Origin: an archaeon
GTDB lineage: Archaea; Asgardarchaeota; Thorarchaeia; Thorarchaeales; Thorarchaeaceae
Length of the DNA: 64,000 bases
Direction: 5' to 3'
NCBI GenBank assembly: GCA_024276825.1
Contig: JAJRWI010000007.1
Location: 17,346-81,345, forward strand
In this document: positions 48,922-58,700 of the stretch, one piece after another
Numbering within the stretch: position 1 is the stretch's first letter
How the letters are laid out: each line of letters begins with the position of its first letter
The notes under the pieces: generated by a model
Seen by the model: the letters and a program-made list of their open reading frames with translations, nothing else
Database searches by the model: none
What the model was told of the DNA's origin: nothing
Position numbers and translations under genes: made by a program

Positions 48922-50736
48922 TTGATTCTCATGGATATGACTACAAGGGCTGCAATAATGGGAGTTCTGCTTTTCATAATGCTCACTAGCCCACTCGGTG
49001 TCCCCCAATATGCGGGCAATTATGACAAAAGGATATCAGCAGAGGAACCAATGCCAGCCAAGATATATGGTGAAGACCTCTCAGGATTCATCTTTAGTCA
49101 ATTCTCTGCAATCAGGTTCAAAGACCTGATCAAAGAGATTTCACAAAACGGTTCAAGAGAGGTTGGGTCACTGAATAATTTGTATGCGCGTAAATGGATT
49201 ATGAACAAGCTCAATGAGGTTTCCAATAACAGGATTGAGATTGAAGTTCTGGGAGGCCATCAGTCAATTGTGGGGCGCCTGCCAGGATGGCTAGAAGGAA
49301 ACCATCCCGCCTTGATGGTGGGAGGCCATTACGACAGTGTTTCAGAAGCACCAGGAGCTAATGATGATGGGACCGGTGTAATAACAATGCTTGAAGTTGC
49401 AAGAGTCATGTCACAGTTCAATTGGCCCTTAGACATCTATTTTTGCGCATGGAATGCCGAGGAGATTGGGCTCGTTGGCAGTTCAGAGGTCGCAAACATT
49501 TTTATAGATAGAGAGATAGAACTATTGCAATATTACAATGTAGATATGCTCCTTGTTGAGGACAAGACCGTGGCCCCTGATGAAAGGCTTTGGTTTGTGT
49601 ATAATAATGGAGATACCGCAGAATATGCAGAGAGCCATTATTATGCGGACTTGGCTAAGGTCATGAGCAACAATCTGGGGATGAACTTGGTCAAACCAAT
49701 ACCATCCAACTCATTCTTTGCATGGGGAGCATCAGACCATGCATCATTTGCATCATATGGTTATGACAATATCTTGTTTGCCTTTGAGAGTGGATTTGAT
49801 TATGATGATGCATATCATACTTCAGACGACTCATGGGACAACCCATCCTATAATTATACTCTCGCCAAGGAAACAGTTTCGACAATTTCAGCCAGTATGG
49901 CGCATGTCATGTCAGGAGCTTTTGGAGAATTGTTGAAATTCCAGTTTATGGATGAAGTGTCAGAGGGCAATGACTTGCAATACTTTTTTGTCATGAGCAC
50001 GAGATCGGATATCTCATATCATATGGACTGGAGTGGTGGTAAGATTCGTGTTGAAATGATGAATGATGAATATTCCAATACATTCACAATGAGTCATTTA
50101 GGATCGGCAGGGGAGTATCAGGAAACTATAGATGAAATGTATACAGATCCTGGACTTTGGAAAGTGATTGTAAGCACAGATTCTTCGAATGTTGTTGAGT
50201 TTAATCTGACAATCTCAGTTGACAGTGATTTTAACACCAATGGGGTGCTTGACTCTGAGGAGTTCTGGCTGGCAAAGTCATTGTTTGAAATGGACAATGA
50301 TATGGACGGACTTAGCAACGGGATGGAAATGATAATTGGCACTTCGCCTTGGTTACCTGATACTGATTCAGATGGAATGGACGATGAGTGGGAGTTTAAT
50401 AATCATCTCAACCCCCTATTGAATGACTCCGCGTTGGACTTTGATAGAGATGGGTTAAGTAATCTTGGGGAGTATAAAGCAGGAACGGATCCTTGGAATC
50501 TGGACTCTGATTCGGACCTCATGCCAGATGGCTTTGAGGTCGAGTATGGACTTGATCCGTTGAATGATGATGCGAGTCAGGATTTTGATGGCGATGGGGT
50601 TTCAAACCTTGAAGAGTACTTAAGGGGGACAGATCCAAGTGTTTCTGATATTGACATCACTATCCCCATTGTTACAGCAATTGCGATAGTGGTTGTTCTG
50701 TTTGCTGTTGTGCTCTGGTCAAGAAGAAATGCATAA
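48922..50736 (+). CDS. M28 family aminopeptidase with Asp-rich Ca-binding (TSP3-like) repeats and C-terminal TM anchor
   Basis: GGHYDS, GANDDGTG, AEEIGLVGS, NVDM, SDHASF, YHTSDD; D.D.DG repeats. Confidence 0.9.
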   Translation: MILMDMTTRAAIMGVLLFIMLTSPLGVPQYAGNYDKRISAEEPMPAKIYGEDLSGFIFSQFSAIRFKDLIKEISQNGSREVGSLNNLYARKWIMNKLNEVSNNRIEIEVLGGHQSIVGRLPGWLEGNHPALMVGGHYDSVSEAPGANDDGTGVITMLEVARVMSQFNWPLDIYFCAWNAEEIGLVGSSEVANIFIDREIELLQYYNVDMLLVEDKTVAPDERLWFVYNNGDTAEYAESHYYADLAKVMSNNLGMNLVKPIPSNSFFAWGASDHASFASYGYDNILFAFESGFDYDDAYHTSDDSWDNPSYNYTLAKETVSTISASMAHVMSGAFGELLKFQFMDEVSEGNDLQYFFVMSTRSDISYHMDWSGGKIRVEMMNDEYSNTFTMSHLGSAGEYQETIDEMYTDPGLWKVIVSTDSSNVVEFNLTISVDSDFNTNGVLDSEEFWLAKSLFEMDNDMDGLSNGMEMIIGTSPWLPDTDSDGMDDEWEFNNHLNPLLNDSALDFDRDGLSNLGEYKAGTDPWNLDSDSDLMPDGFEVEYGLDPLNDDASQDFDGDGVSNLEEYLRGTDPSVSDIDITIPIVTAIAIVVVLFAVVLWSRRNA

Positions 50737-50771
50737 AAAATGGGAGGCTCCCCAAGGGGGAGTCGTTGGAC

Positions 50772-51686
50772 TTATGTGAAGGTCCGTAAGATCACATCCC
50801 ATCTGTGCTGTATGAAGTCGCGAATATCTTGAATCTTTTTCTCGTCCTTCTTGGGCTTGAACAGATGCGAGAAGCGGCCCTGAAGCTTCAGAAATTCCTC
50901 TATATCAGTTCGCTTTTCAGGGTCCTGAAATCTCTTACTCTCACGTCCGAGAATGAACTCGTCGCCAATTCTCTCCCACATTATCCAATATCCAGTCTCA
51001 ACAGCCAGTTTGCCCATCTTCACACCAAGTTCTACAGGATAGTTCCAAGCCTGAGGACATGGCAGAAATATATGGATGAATTTGGGTCCTTTGATCTCTT
51101 TTGCCTTCTTGAATTTCTCATAGAGGTCCCGAGGGTATGAGGAATTAGCCGTGGCCTGATAAGCAGGCTCGTGAGCCGCGACAATGAGGTCAAGGAGTTT
51201 TTCGGGTTCGGTCTTGCCATGCCAAGTTGTTGTTGTCTGAGCGTACAGTGGTGTAGCGCCTGATCTCTGTGTGCCAGTGTTGCTGTATACCTGATTGTTA
51301 TAGCAGACATATAGAATGTCAGTCTTTCTCTCAAAGGCCCCACTTAGAGCTTGAATACCAATGTCGAAAGTACCACCATCACCAGCCCAGACCATTACGG
51401 TTGTGCTATCTCTGCCCTTGGCTTTCAAGGCAGCCTTAACACCAGAAGCTGTTGCTGCTGAGGCCATGAATGCAGTGTTCAATACTGGAAAGTCAAGACA
51501 ACTCTTGGGCCAGAGAGACTGTACTACACTTGTGCAGCATGCCGGCACAACTTGAATGACGTCACCCCCAAGCGCCTTATGGGCATGTCTGAGGGCCACC
51601 ATGTCCTGACAGCCCGCACATGCTGCGTTTCCCTTCAACACATACTCCTTAGTTGGCATATCTCTAATCGCAACCATTTCTCTCAC
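50772..51686 (-). CDS. porB: Pyruvate/2-ketoisovalerate:ferredoxin oxidoreductase beta subunit
   Basis: ACAGC, ACC, TPP motif GDGGTFDIG...NN.VYSNTG.QRS, PCP. Confidence 0.9.
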   Translation of the reverse strand: MREMVAIRDMPTKEYVLKGNAACAGCQDMVALRHAHKALGGDVIQVVPACCTSVVQSLWPKSCLDFPVLNTAFMASAATASGVKAALKAKGRDSTTVMVWAGDGGTFDIGIQALSGAFERKTDILYVCYNNQVYSNTGTQRSGATPLYAQTTTTWHGKTEPEKLLDLIVAAHEPAYQATANSSYPRDLYEKFKKAKEIKGPKFIHIFLPCPQAWNYPVELGVKMGKLAVETGYWIMWERIGDEFILGRESKRFQDPEKRTDIEEFLKLQGRFSHLFKPKKDEKKIQDIRDFIQHRWDVILRTFT

Positions 51687-52858
51687 CTCAGATCATGCCA
51701 GGTCTCCTCTGGACCCAGTTCTCCACTCTCAACAGCTTTCACCGTATCAAGAATAATCTCTTTGATGTCAGTCACTGTGATGTCACGTCCACCAAGGCCA
51801 CCGATATAGCTCTTGACCATAGGTCTGTGTTCGGTGTGATAGAGCGATGCTCGGATGTCATTAGCAACGGGACCACCAAACCCATAGCTCACGGATCTGT
51901 CAAAGCTTGCAAAGGCCTTTACCTTAGAAGCAAGTTCTCTGACTTTCTCAACAGGGAACGGTCGGACCATTCTAATTCGGGCATTTCCGACTTTGTAACC
52001 CTCTTCGCGAAGTTCATCAATTGCGTCTTTTGCTTCAGAGCCCACCGTGCCCTGAGAAGTGAATATGACTTCAGCATCCTCACATTTGTAGCAATCAATT
52101 GGTCCGCCAAAGTACTTTCCAAAGAGTTTCTTGTACTCCCTTTCAATCTCATCATAGACCATCAATGCATTCTTGTTGCCCTCATGCATCTTGTATCTGA
52201 ATTCCTGGTAGAATTCAGGGAACACAATGTTTCCATGTGATACTGGGTTGTCAGGATCCATGACCCAGTGTGGCGGCTTGTAGGGTGGCAGAAACTTGTC
52301 GACCTCTTCGGGTTCGAGATAATCGAAGGTTGAAAGTGTATGGCTCAGTACAAAACCATCTGCATTGACCATTACGGGCATCAGAACTCGTTCGTCTTCT
52401 GCTAGTCTGAAGGCTTGAATAACAGTATGATAGAATTCATCAACGCTAGCAACATAGAATTGAATCCAGCCAGTGTCTCGTTTTGACATGCTATCATCAT
52501 GGGTGACATGAATATTCCAGCTTGGAGAAACTGATCTATTGATGTTCGCAAGTACAATTGGAAGTCTTGCTGCTGCAGCCCAATGCAGTGCCTCATCCAT
52601 CAAAAGAAGGCCGTTTGATGAAGTTGCTGTAAAAGCACGGGCACCAGTGGAGCTTGCACCGATACAGGCAAACATTGCAGAGTGCTCTGACTCCACTCGA
52701 ATGAACTCACCTTTGTAAATGCCTTCCTCATTTAACCATGCGACTTGTTCAGGAACGGTTGTGGCAGGGGTTATTGGATAAGCTGCAACAACCTCAACAC
52801 GAGCAGAAACACAAGCCCGGGCGGCTGCATAGTTTGCACTCATTATCAAAGTCTTCAT
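51683..52858 (-). CDS. porA: Pyruvate/2-ketoisovalerate:ferredoxin oxidoreductase alpha subunit
   Basis: AYPITP, VESEHSA, TATSSNGL, DGFVLSH, GLGGRD. Confidence 0.92.
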   Translation of the reverse strand: MKTLIMSANYAAARACVSARVEVVAAYPITPATTVPEQVAWLNEEGIYKGEFIRVESEHSAMFACIGASSTGARAFTATSSNGLLLMDEALHWAAAARLPIVLANINRSVSPSWNIHVTHDDSMSKRDTGWIQFYVASVDEFYHTVIQAFRLAEDERVLMPVMVNADGFVLSHTLSTFDYLEPEEVDKFLPPYKPPHWVMDPDNPVSHGNIVFPEFYQEFRYKMHEGNKNALMVYDEIEREYKKLFGKYFGGPIDCYKCEDAEVIFTSQGTVGSEAKDAIDELREEGYKVGNARIRMVRPFPVEKVRELASKVKAFASFDRSVSYGFGGPVANDIRASLYHTEHRPMVKSYIGGLGGRDITVTDIKEIILDTVKAVESGELGPEETWHDLR

Positions 52859-52862
52859 TCAT

Positions 52863-53180
52863 TCATTCCTCCAGAGTTGGATCGTTTCTGATCATCTCAA
52901 TGCATTTCTTGGGACACACCTGCGCACAGATCCCGCACCCCTTACAGTAGTCATAGTCTATGTGTGGAGTCCCATCATCATCAACAGAAATGCAGGCCTC
53001 AGGACAGTAGAGCCAACAGGTCCGACACCTATTACAGGCATCATAGTCAATCACAGGTTCAAAAGTTCTCCAACTGCCCGTCTTTCCAGTTGACCCAATC
53101 ATCGGCTTAGAATAAGATGTCTTGGGCATGTCCTTCCTAGTCTTTGGATCGACATTGACTTCATTTACCACCAGATACAT
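52863..53180 (-). CDS. porD: 2-oxoacid:ferredoxin oxidoreductase delta subunit (2x[4Fe-4S])
   Basis: KTGSWRTFEP, CNRCRTCWLYCP, DYDYCKGCGICAQVCP. Confidence 0.93.
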   Translation of the reverse strand: MYLVVNEVNVDPKTRKDMPKTSYSKPMIGSTGKTGSWRTFEPVIDYDACNRCRTCWLYCPEACISVDDDGTPHIDYDYCKGCGICAQVCPKKCIEMIRNDPTLEE

Positions 53181-53363
53181 CTCCTCAGAGTCAGTCTAAA
53201 AACTGCTCTTTTCGCAGTTATATTTAGTGTTATGCACTTGTGACTCAAGGAACAATCGACTTGTTCTGATACTGAACGAATATTTCAAAGCCATATACTT
53301 GTCGATTGTTGAAAAGGAAACAACATTCCAATTGATATTTATCAGAAGGATTAGAATCACATC

Positions 53364-54173
53364 ATGATGAAGATGGAATTCACGGTTTCACTGATACAAG
53401 CACCCTGTTTCGAAGGGCGTAGAGAGAGAAACTTCAAGGGCATCAGATCAATGCTTGAGCAGATTCCCAGTTCGGATTCTATTCACCTCGTTATATTACC
53501 AGAACTCTTTGCAATTGGCTTCAGGCACGAGGACTATAGAAGACTGGGGGCGGGAGTTCCAGGATGCACCAGCGATTTTCTGTGCGAAACCGCTGAAGAG
53601 TTTTCCATCTATCTGATTGGTACAGGAATCGAAGAGAGTGCAGGGAAGTTCTACAACACATTGGTTCTCGCTTCACCAGAAGGACATGTAGTTGGAGCCT
53701 ATAGAAAGATCCATCCATTTCAGGAAGAGAAGGATGTGTTTCTTGGTGGAAGCACCATCACAATGTTCAGACTGGGTGAACTTCGAGTTGGTGTGGAAAT
53801 ATGCTATGACATCAGGTTTCCAGAGGTTTCAAGAAGGCTGGCACTTGAAGGGGCTCAGGTGATTTTGGTTCCTGCGGCATTTCCGGACCCAAGGGCTCAT
53901 CACTGGGACACACTAGTGATGGCAAGGGCGATAGAGAATCAAGTATTCATTGCTGCTGCAAATCGTGTGGGCCAAAGCTTTGATGGAAAGACCTACTTTG
54001 GCCACAGTCAGGTAGTCGATCCCTTGGGCGTTCGCTTTACGCGTATCAACTCTGAAGTCGATGTGATAACGCATAAATGCAATACTAAGGCAATTGAGAG
54101 TGCAAGGAGCCAAATAACATGTTATAAGGACAGGGCCCCCGAGAAGTATGAAAAGGTCACTTGGTTCGAATGA
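53364..54173 (+). CDS. Carbon-nitrogen hydrolase (nitrilase/Nit-like amidase)
   Basis: Catalytic triad LPEL, YRKIH, ICYDIRFPE; RAIENQ. Confidence 0.93.
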   Translation: MMKMEFTVSLIQAPCFEGRRERNFKGIRSMLEQIPSSDSIHLVILPELFAIGFRHEDYRRLGAGVPGCTSDFLCETAEEFSIYLIGTGIEESAGKFYNTLVLASPEGHVVGAYRKIHPFQEEKDVFLGGSTITMFRLGELRVGVEICYDIRFPEVSRRLALEGAQVILVPAAFPDPRAHHWDTLVMARAIENQVFIAAANRVGQSFDGKTYFGHSQVVDPLGVRFTRINSEVDVITHKCNTKAIESARSQITCYKDRAPEKYEKVTWFE

Positions 54174-54207
54174 CAACCATTAAGTAATATGGCCCTATCG
54201 AAAGAGT

Positions 54208-54735
54208 GTGAGATGGACTAAATTGACAGACAATGTGGAGAAGATTAAGGACACAATCAAGAACTGGTTTCAGAATGAGGGCGCTAAGGTAGAGAGTATA
54301 TCAAATCCCCGAGCAGAGTTTTTATTCAAGGTAAAGTTTCGCCGCTTCTTCTTTACTGTGGTGAAACCCAATGATCAGCACTATGTCCAGATTGAGTCAC
54401 AGGTGATTATTTCGCCACAACATCTCAAGAAACTCACCGCCGAGAAAATGCAGAACTTCCAGATGGAAGCAATGAAGTTCGCTTTCAAACATGGTGTCAG
54501 TCTTGGATTTATTCAACCAATGCCAGGCCAAAAGGGCCCTAAGCCCCCAGGACCAGGTTTTGTGATTCAGGACAGAATTTATGATGATGGCTTTTCTGAG
54601 GACCGTCTATGGCAGGTCATGATTAGGCTCCACAGTGCAGTAGACATGGTGATTGCAATACTTAATGATATTACAGGACAGATTCCAGGCAAAACCCATA
54701 CTGCAGAGGACGCGGGGCCCTCATATTATACATAG
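54208..54735 (+). CDS. DUF2299-like archaeal protein
   Basis: IKNWFQNEG start and IYDDGFS motif resemble DUF2299. Confidence 0.55.
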   Translation: MRWTKLTDNVEKIKDTIKNWFQNEGAKVESISNPRAEFLFKVKFRRFFFTVVKPNDQHYVQIESQVIISPQHLKKLTAEKMQNFQMEAMKFAFKHGVSLGFIQPMPGQKGPKPPGPGFVIQDRIYDDGFSEDRLWQVMIRLHSAVDMVIAILNDITGQIPGKTHTAEDAGPSYYT

Positions 54736-54778
54736 TAGTCTTCAGTCTGCCGAATCACATCAAACATTGAGATAGTTG

Positions 54779-55441
54779 TCATGGATAGCACAAGTCCCAG
54801 TCAGGATGGTAACTATGGATTAGGCTCATTATTTCATTGTAGGCATCTTCAGAGAGATATTGCTTGGGGCACTGCCATTCGTCATCTTGAATCACACCGA
54901 AGTGGATATGAGCACCACCACCAATATTCAGAAAAGTGGCGATCTTATCGCCCATGGCAACCCAATCTCCCTCTTCAATTTGAAGCAATGAAAGCTGAGC
55001 ATCCCTGTCGGATGCATTCTGAGTCCAAGGTTCAAAATTGTAATGCACTATGGTTGTTGCATTGAACCGAATAATGACAGTGATATGAAAACGATTCGCA
55101 GCACTCTCACCATTGTCGGTCCATGTGATACTCTCCACCTGACCCGGAGCAGCTGCAATAACAGTTGACCCATTCTTGAAGAAGTAGTCAATCCCATTAT
55201 GAGTAAAGCCCCATGGACAGTTATCACTTTCACTGTACCCCTCATTGAAGGCGTAGATATCAGACTGATTTACGTAGATCACTCCCATATAGTCAAGTCG
55301 GTCCGACTCGTAGCGCTCACCAGGATCAAATATGACAATGCCATCTCCATCCCTTTTTGAGATGAAGAAGTATACTCCAAGAATAATCAATGATAGTAGC
55401 AGAAGAGTCACAACCTTTCTGTTCATATTATCACAACACAA
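54779..55441 (-). CDS. M23 family metallopeptidase with N-terminal membrane anchor
   Basis: HNGID (HxxxD), VIAAAPGQV, EGDWV..GDKIA, HIHF (HxH). Confidence 0.85.
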   Translation of the reverse strand: MCCDNMNRKVVTLLLLSLIILGVYFFISKRDGDGIVIFDPGERYESDRLDYMGVIYVNQSDIYAFNEGYSESDNCPWGFTHNGIDYFFKNGSTVIAAAPGQVESITWTDNGESAANRFHITVIIRFNATTIVHYNFEPWTQNASDRDAQLSLLQIEEGDWVAMGDKIATFLNIGGGAHIHFGVIQDDEWQCPKQYLSEDAYNEIMSLIHSYHPDWDLCYP

Positions 55442-55743
55442 GATTCTTTCATATCCATCAAGTTCACATTATAAACTTCGGTAATATATTAAATGCTCAT
55501 TATTGCCTTTGTTTCGTATTTTTGTCACAGTCGGCTTAAAAATCGAATGATTACATTTCATATTTGTTTTAATACTCGATACACAGTAATAATATCGCCT
55601 TCTCATGAATGAGTCCAAACCAGCAAGCTTGTACTACATCAAGTTGTACTATCAATCGTTTCAGGCAAACAAGCCAAAAAGCAAGCTTTTGGCAAGGTCA
55701 AAGGCAGTCAACTCAGTATGATATACTGTGATTGACATAGGGT

Positions 55744-58700
55744 ATGAAGCAAGAAAAAACAGGTGGGTTCGTAATGCATCAACATCTTGGGTATGCAATT
55801 ATGATAGTTCTTCTCTCATTTGCACTGGTTGAGCTATCATATAATCCCCAAGTGAATGATGCATTCAGACAGTCAGATGAAAACATTCCTGAAGTGGTGA
55901 GCCTACCAAGCCCCGCATCAGAAGCTGCTGGACATGGAACAAGTAGGCAAGTGGTACTAACATTTTCAAGGATGTTTGACAGTCAGGTGGTCTCAGTTTT
56001 AAACTCATATTCAAACACTTCAGTTCATCAAGGTGAGCTTGATCTATCAAAGTATCAGGTATCAGGATGGACACTTTACAATGTCACAATGGAAATTACA
56101 AATCTCACAGCCGCTCCTGAGAGATGTGTCATAGGTGGAGATAATGGAGCAAACTATGAATTCACTATCGAAAGAGCACCACCTCAGTACTATGATAGTC
56201 TTATGCAGGGGTTCTATAACCAGACATATAGAGCAATGCTATTGAACTACTCATTTCTTCATTGCACACCAACTTATGATTCGTCGACATATGGGGATGC
56301 GTTTGTTTCAGTCTTAAGCGACTATTCTAGTGGAAAAACGAATCTTAGTAATTATGTATCTCTAGAAGATGTTGGAAGTACAATGACATGGAAGACAGTT
56401 TCAACAATGGCAGAGCTCTTGCCAAATGTTCAGTACTATGTAGTCATTAATGGAAGTAGTCTCATAAAAACTTCTGATTATCCTGAAATTCGCTGGGCAT
56501 ATTTGGAAATACCAGGAAATTATGACACACGGGAGCACAGCAGCACAGCTGGTTGGGACATATCTTCATTGAATTATGAGGCCGCACTCAATTACACATA
56601 TTTGCTATGGGACAATTCTACCAATGCTCCTTTGATCTTCAATGATCCACAGATTGTGTCTCTCACAGCCAATAACACTGCAATGTTCTCTTCACAGTTT
56701 AAGTTCACCAGTGAGTCTAAGAATATTACCCAAATCCACTTCAACTCAAATCAATCTGTATATATTTATCATAACCTAACACTTTGGTACAAACGGACTG
56801 CAACTTCTTCATGCAACTGGATGGTTCTCAGTTCTGGTGCGTTGGTTGAGTGGAACTCTACGTTTTCAGCCCCATTTCCAAATGTTTCCAATGTCAATGA
56901 GTGTGTTGCAAACCTCAGCAAGTCTAAGAATTGGAATGCAAATGGTCTATATGAGAGCCAAGCACCCTCCACGAATCACACATCATTTGAAGAACACGCA
57001 TTATTCGTCATACTCAGGTTTCTGAGTGCAGGCACATGGACCCTCACTGCAACTGCTCACAACCATGTTACAAACATCAACACACTTGACAGTGTGATGA
57101 TAACAAAAAGTCCAGTTATTATGTCATATGTCAGAGATGTGAATTCATTTGATGTAACCACCGGTACTACAAATATGACCATATACCATCAAGGACTGCC
57201 AATTTGGAAGCCCGCCAATAAGACCGTGGCAAATGGAGCAACATCATATACATGGGATATTGACTCAACAACAACGGATAATGGCATCTATACTATTGAA
57301 GTCTATTGGACAAATGGCACAGAAGCGGGATATTTGACGCGTAGCGTGTTAGTCTATTATCCAACTGAACTCACCGCAGACAAATATTACATAGATGCAT
57401 TCACTGATTCAACCTTCGATGTCAGAGTCTATTTTAACGAGACCTTCACACCTCATGGACTGACCGGATCGTCTTGCACTGTGACCTACTCTTTTGGATC
57501 AATAGTGAATGGTACAATGGTGGACTTGGGAAATGGAACATGGGCAAAGACAGTTGATACTTCGGGAATGATTGCAGGAACATATCAATTGACAGTCTAT
57601 GCAGAAGGTTATGCACTAGAGAACCAGAGTATTTCCTTTCAAGTCAGACTGATTTATGAGACCTTGTCTTTGAGCGTTTCATGGTCAAACCAAAACAACA
57701 TTACATATCTGCAGAACACCAATCTTACGGTTCAGTACCGATTTGTCAATGGGACTATCATAAGAGATGCAATTGTGAATGTGACTGATGGCACGAACAT
57801 ATGGGCATTGAATTACGACACCACAAATCAGTATTATTGGATTCAATTCAATGGTTCCGATTCGGTCCCTGGGTTTGGTTCTTACTCTTTAAATGTCACA
57901 TTTTGGAAATATGAACATCAGGCTCAGTTTAATGACACATTATCCTTGATAATCAGAGAAGAACCCACCACATTCACAGTACAGTGGTCAATTCCATATC
58001 AGAACAACATTACATACTTGCAGCAGACCAATCTCACGGTCCTCTATCAATTGACGGACGGCACCAATATCACAGGTGCTTGGGTGAACGTCACAGACGG
58101 TACTAACTATTGGAAACTACATTATGACATAATCAATCAATACTATTGGATTCAGTTCAATGGATCCGATATGTTGCCAGGATTTGGCACTTGGCAGCTG
58201 AACATATCAGCATGGAAATACAAGCACCTAGAACAGTACAACGACACAACCACACTGACTATTAGATTAGAACAGACAAACTTGTCCCCTTCATGGACAA
58301 GTAAGACAATTGATTGGACGCAATCGACGATCTTGGTAGTCAATTATACGGACTCTTCAGGAATACTGATTCCGAATGCAGAGCAGCTGGACCTCCTTGT
58401 TAATGGAACAATCTATACATTTCTTGGAACAAATGGAACATATTGGTTCGAGTTCAATAATTCTCTTGATCTTGGGCATTTCATAATCGAGTGCGATCTG
58501 AGAAAATATGGCTATGAGCCTGCCCATATTGGTGGAGTGACTTTAGACATAATTGAAGCCCCCACCAATCTCCTAGTGTATTGGGCCCCTGCAAATATCA
58601 CAGTTGATTACACTCAGATTCTCAATATTCAGGTTGAATACAAATGCTATGGACAAGATGTGCCCGATGTTGCGAAGGTAAATGTCACAATTAATGGGCG

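Noticed and set aside
55673-55736. Two imperfect hairpins upstream of the giant surface-protein gene (GCCAAAA/TTTTGGC; CAGTAT-GAT-ATACTG)
   Set aside because: Short, AT-rich and not seen upstream of the paralog; cannot be distinguished from chance.
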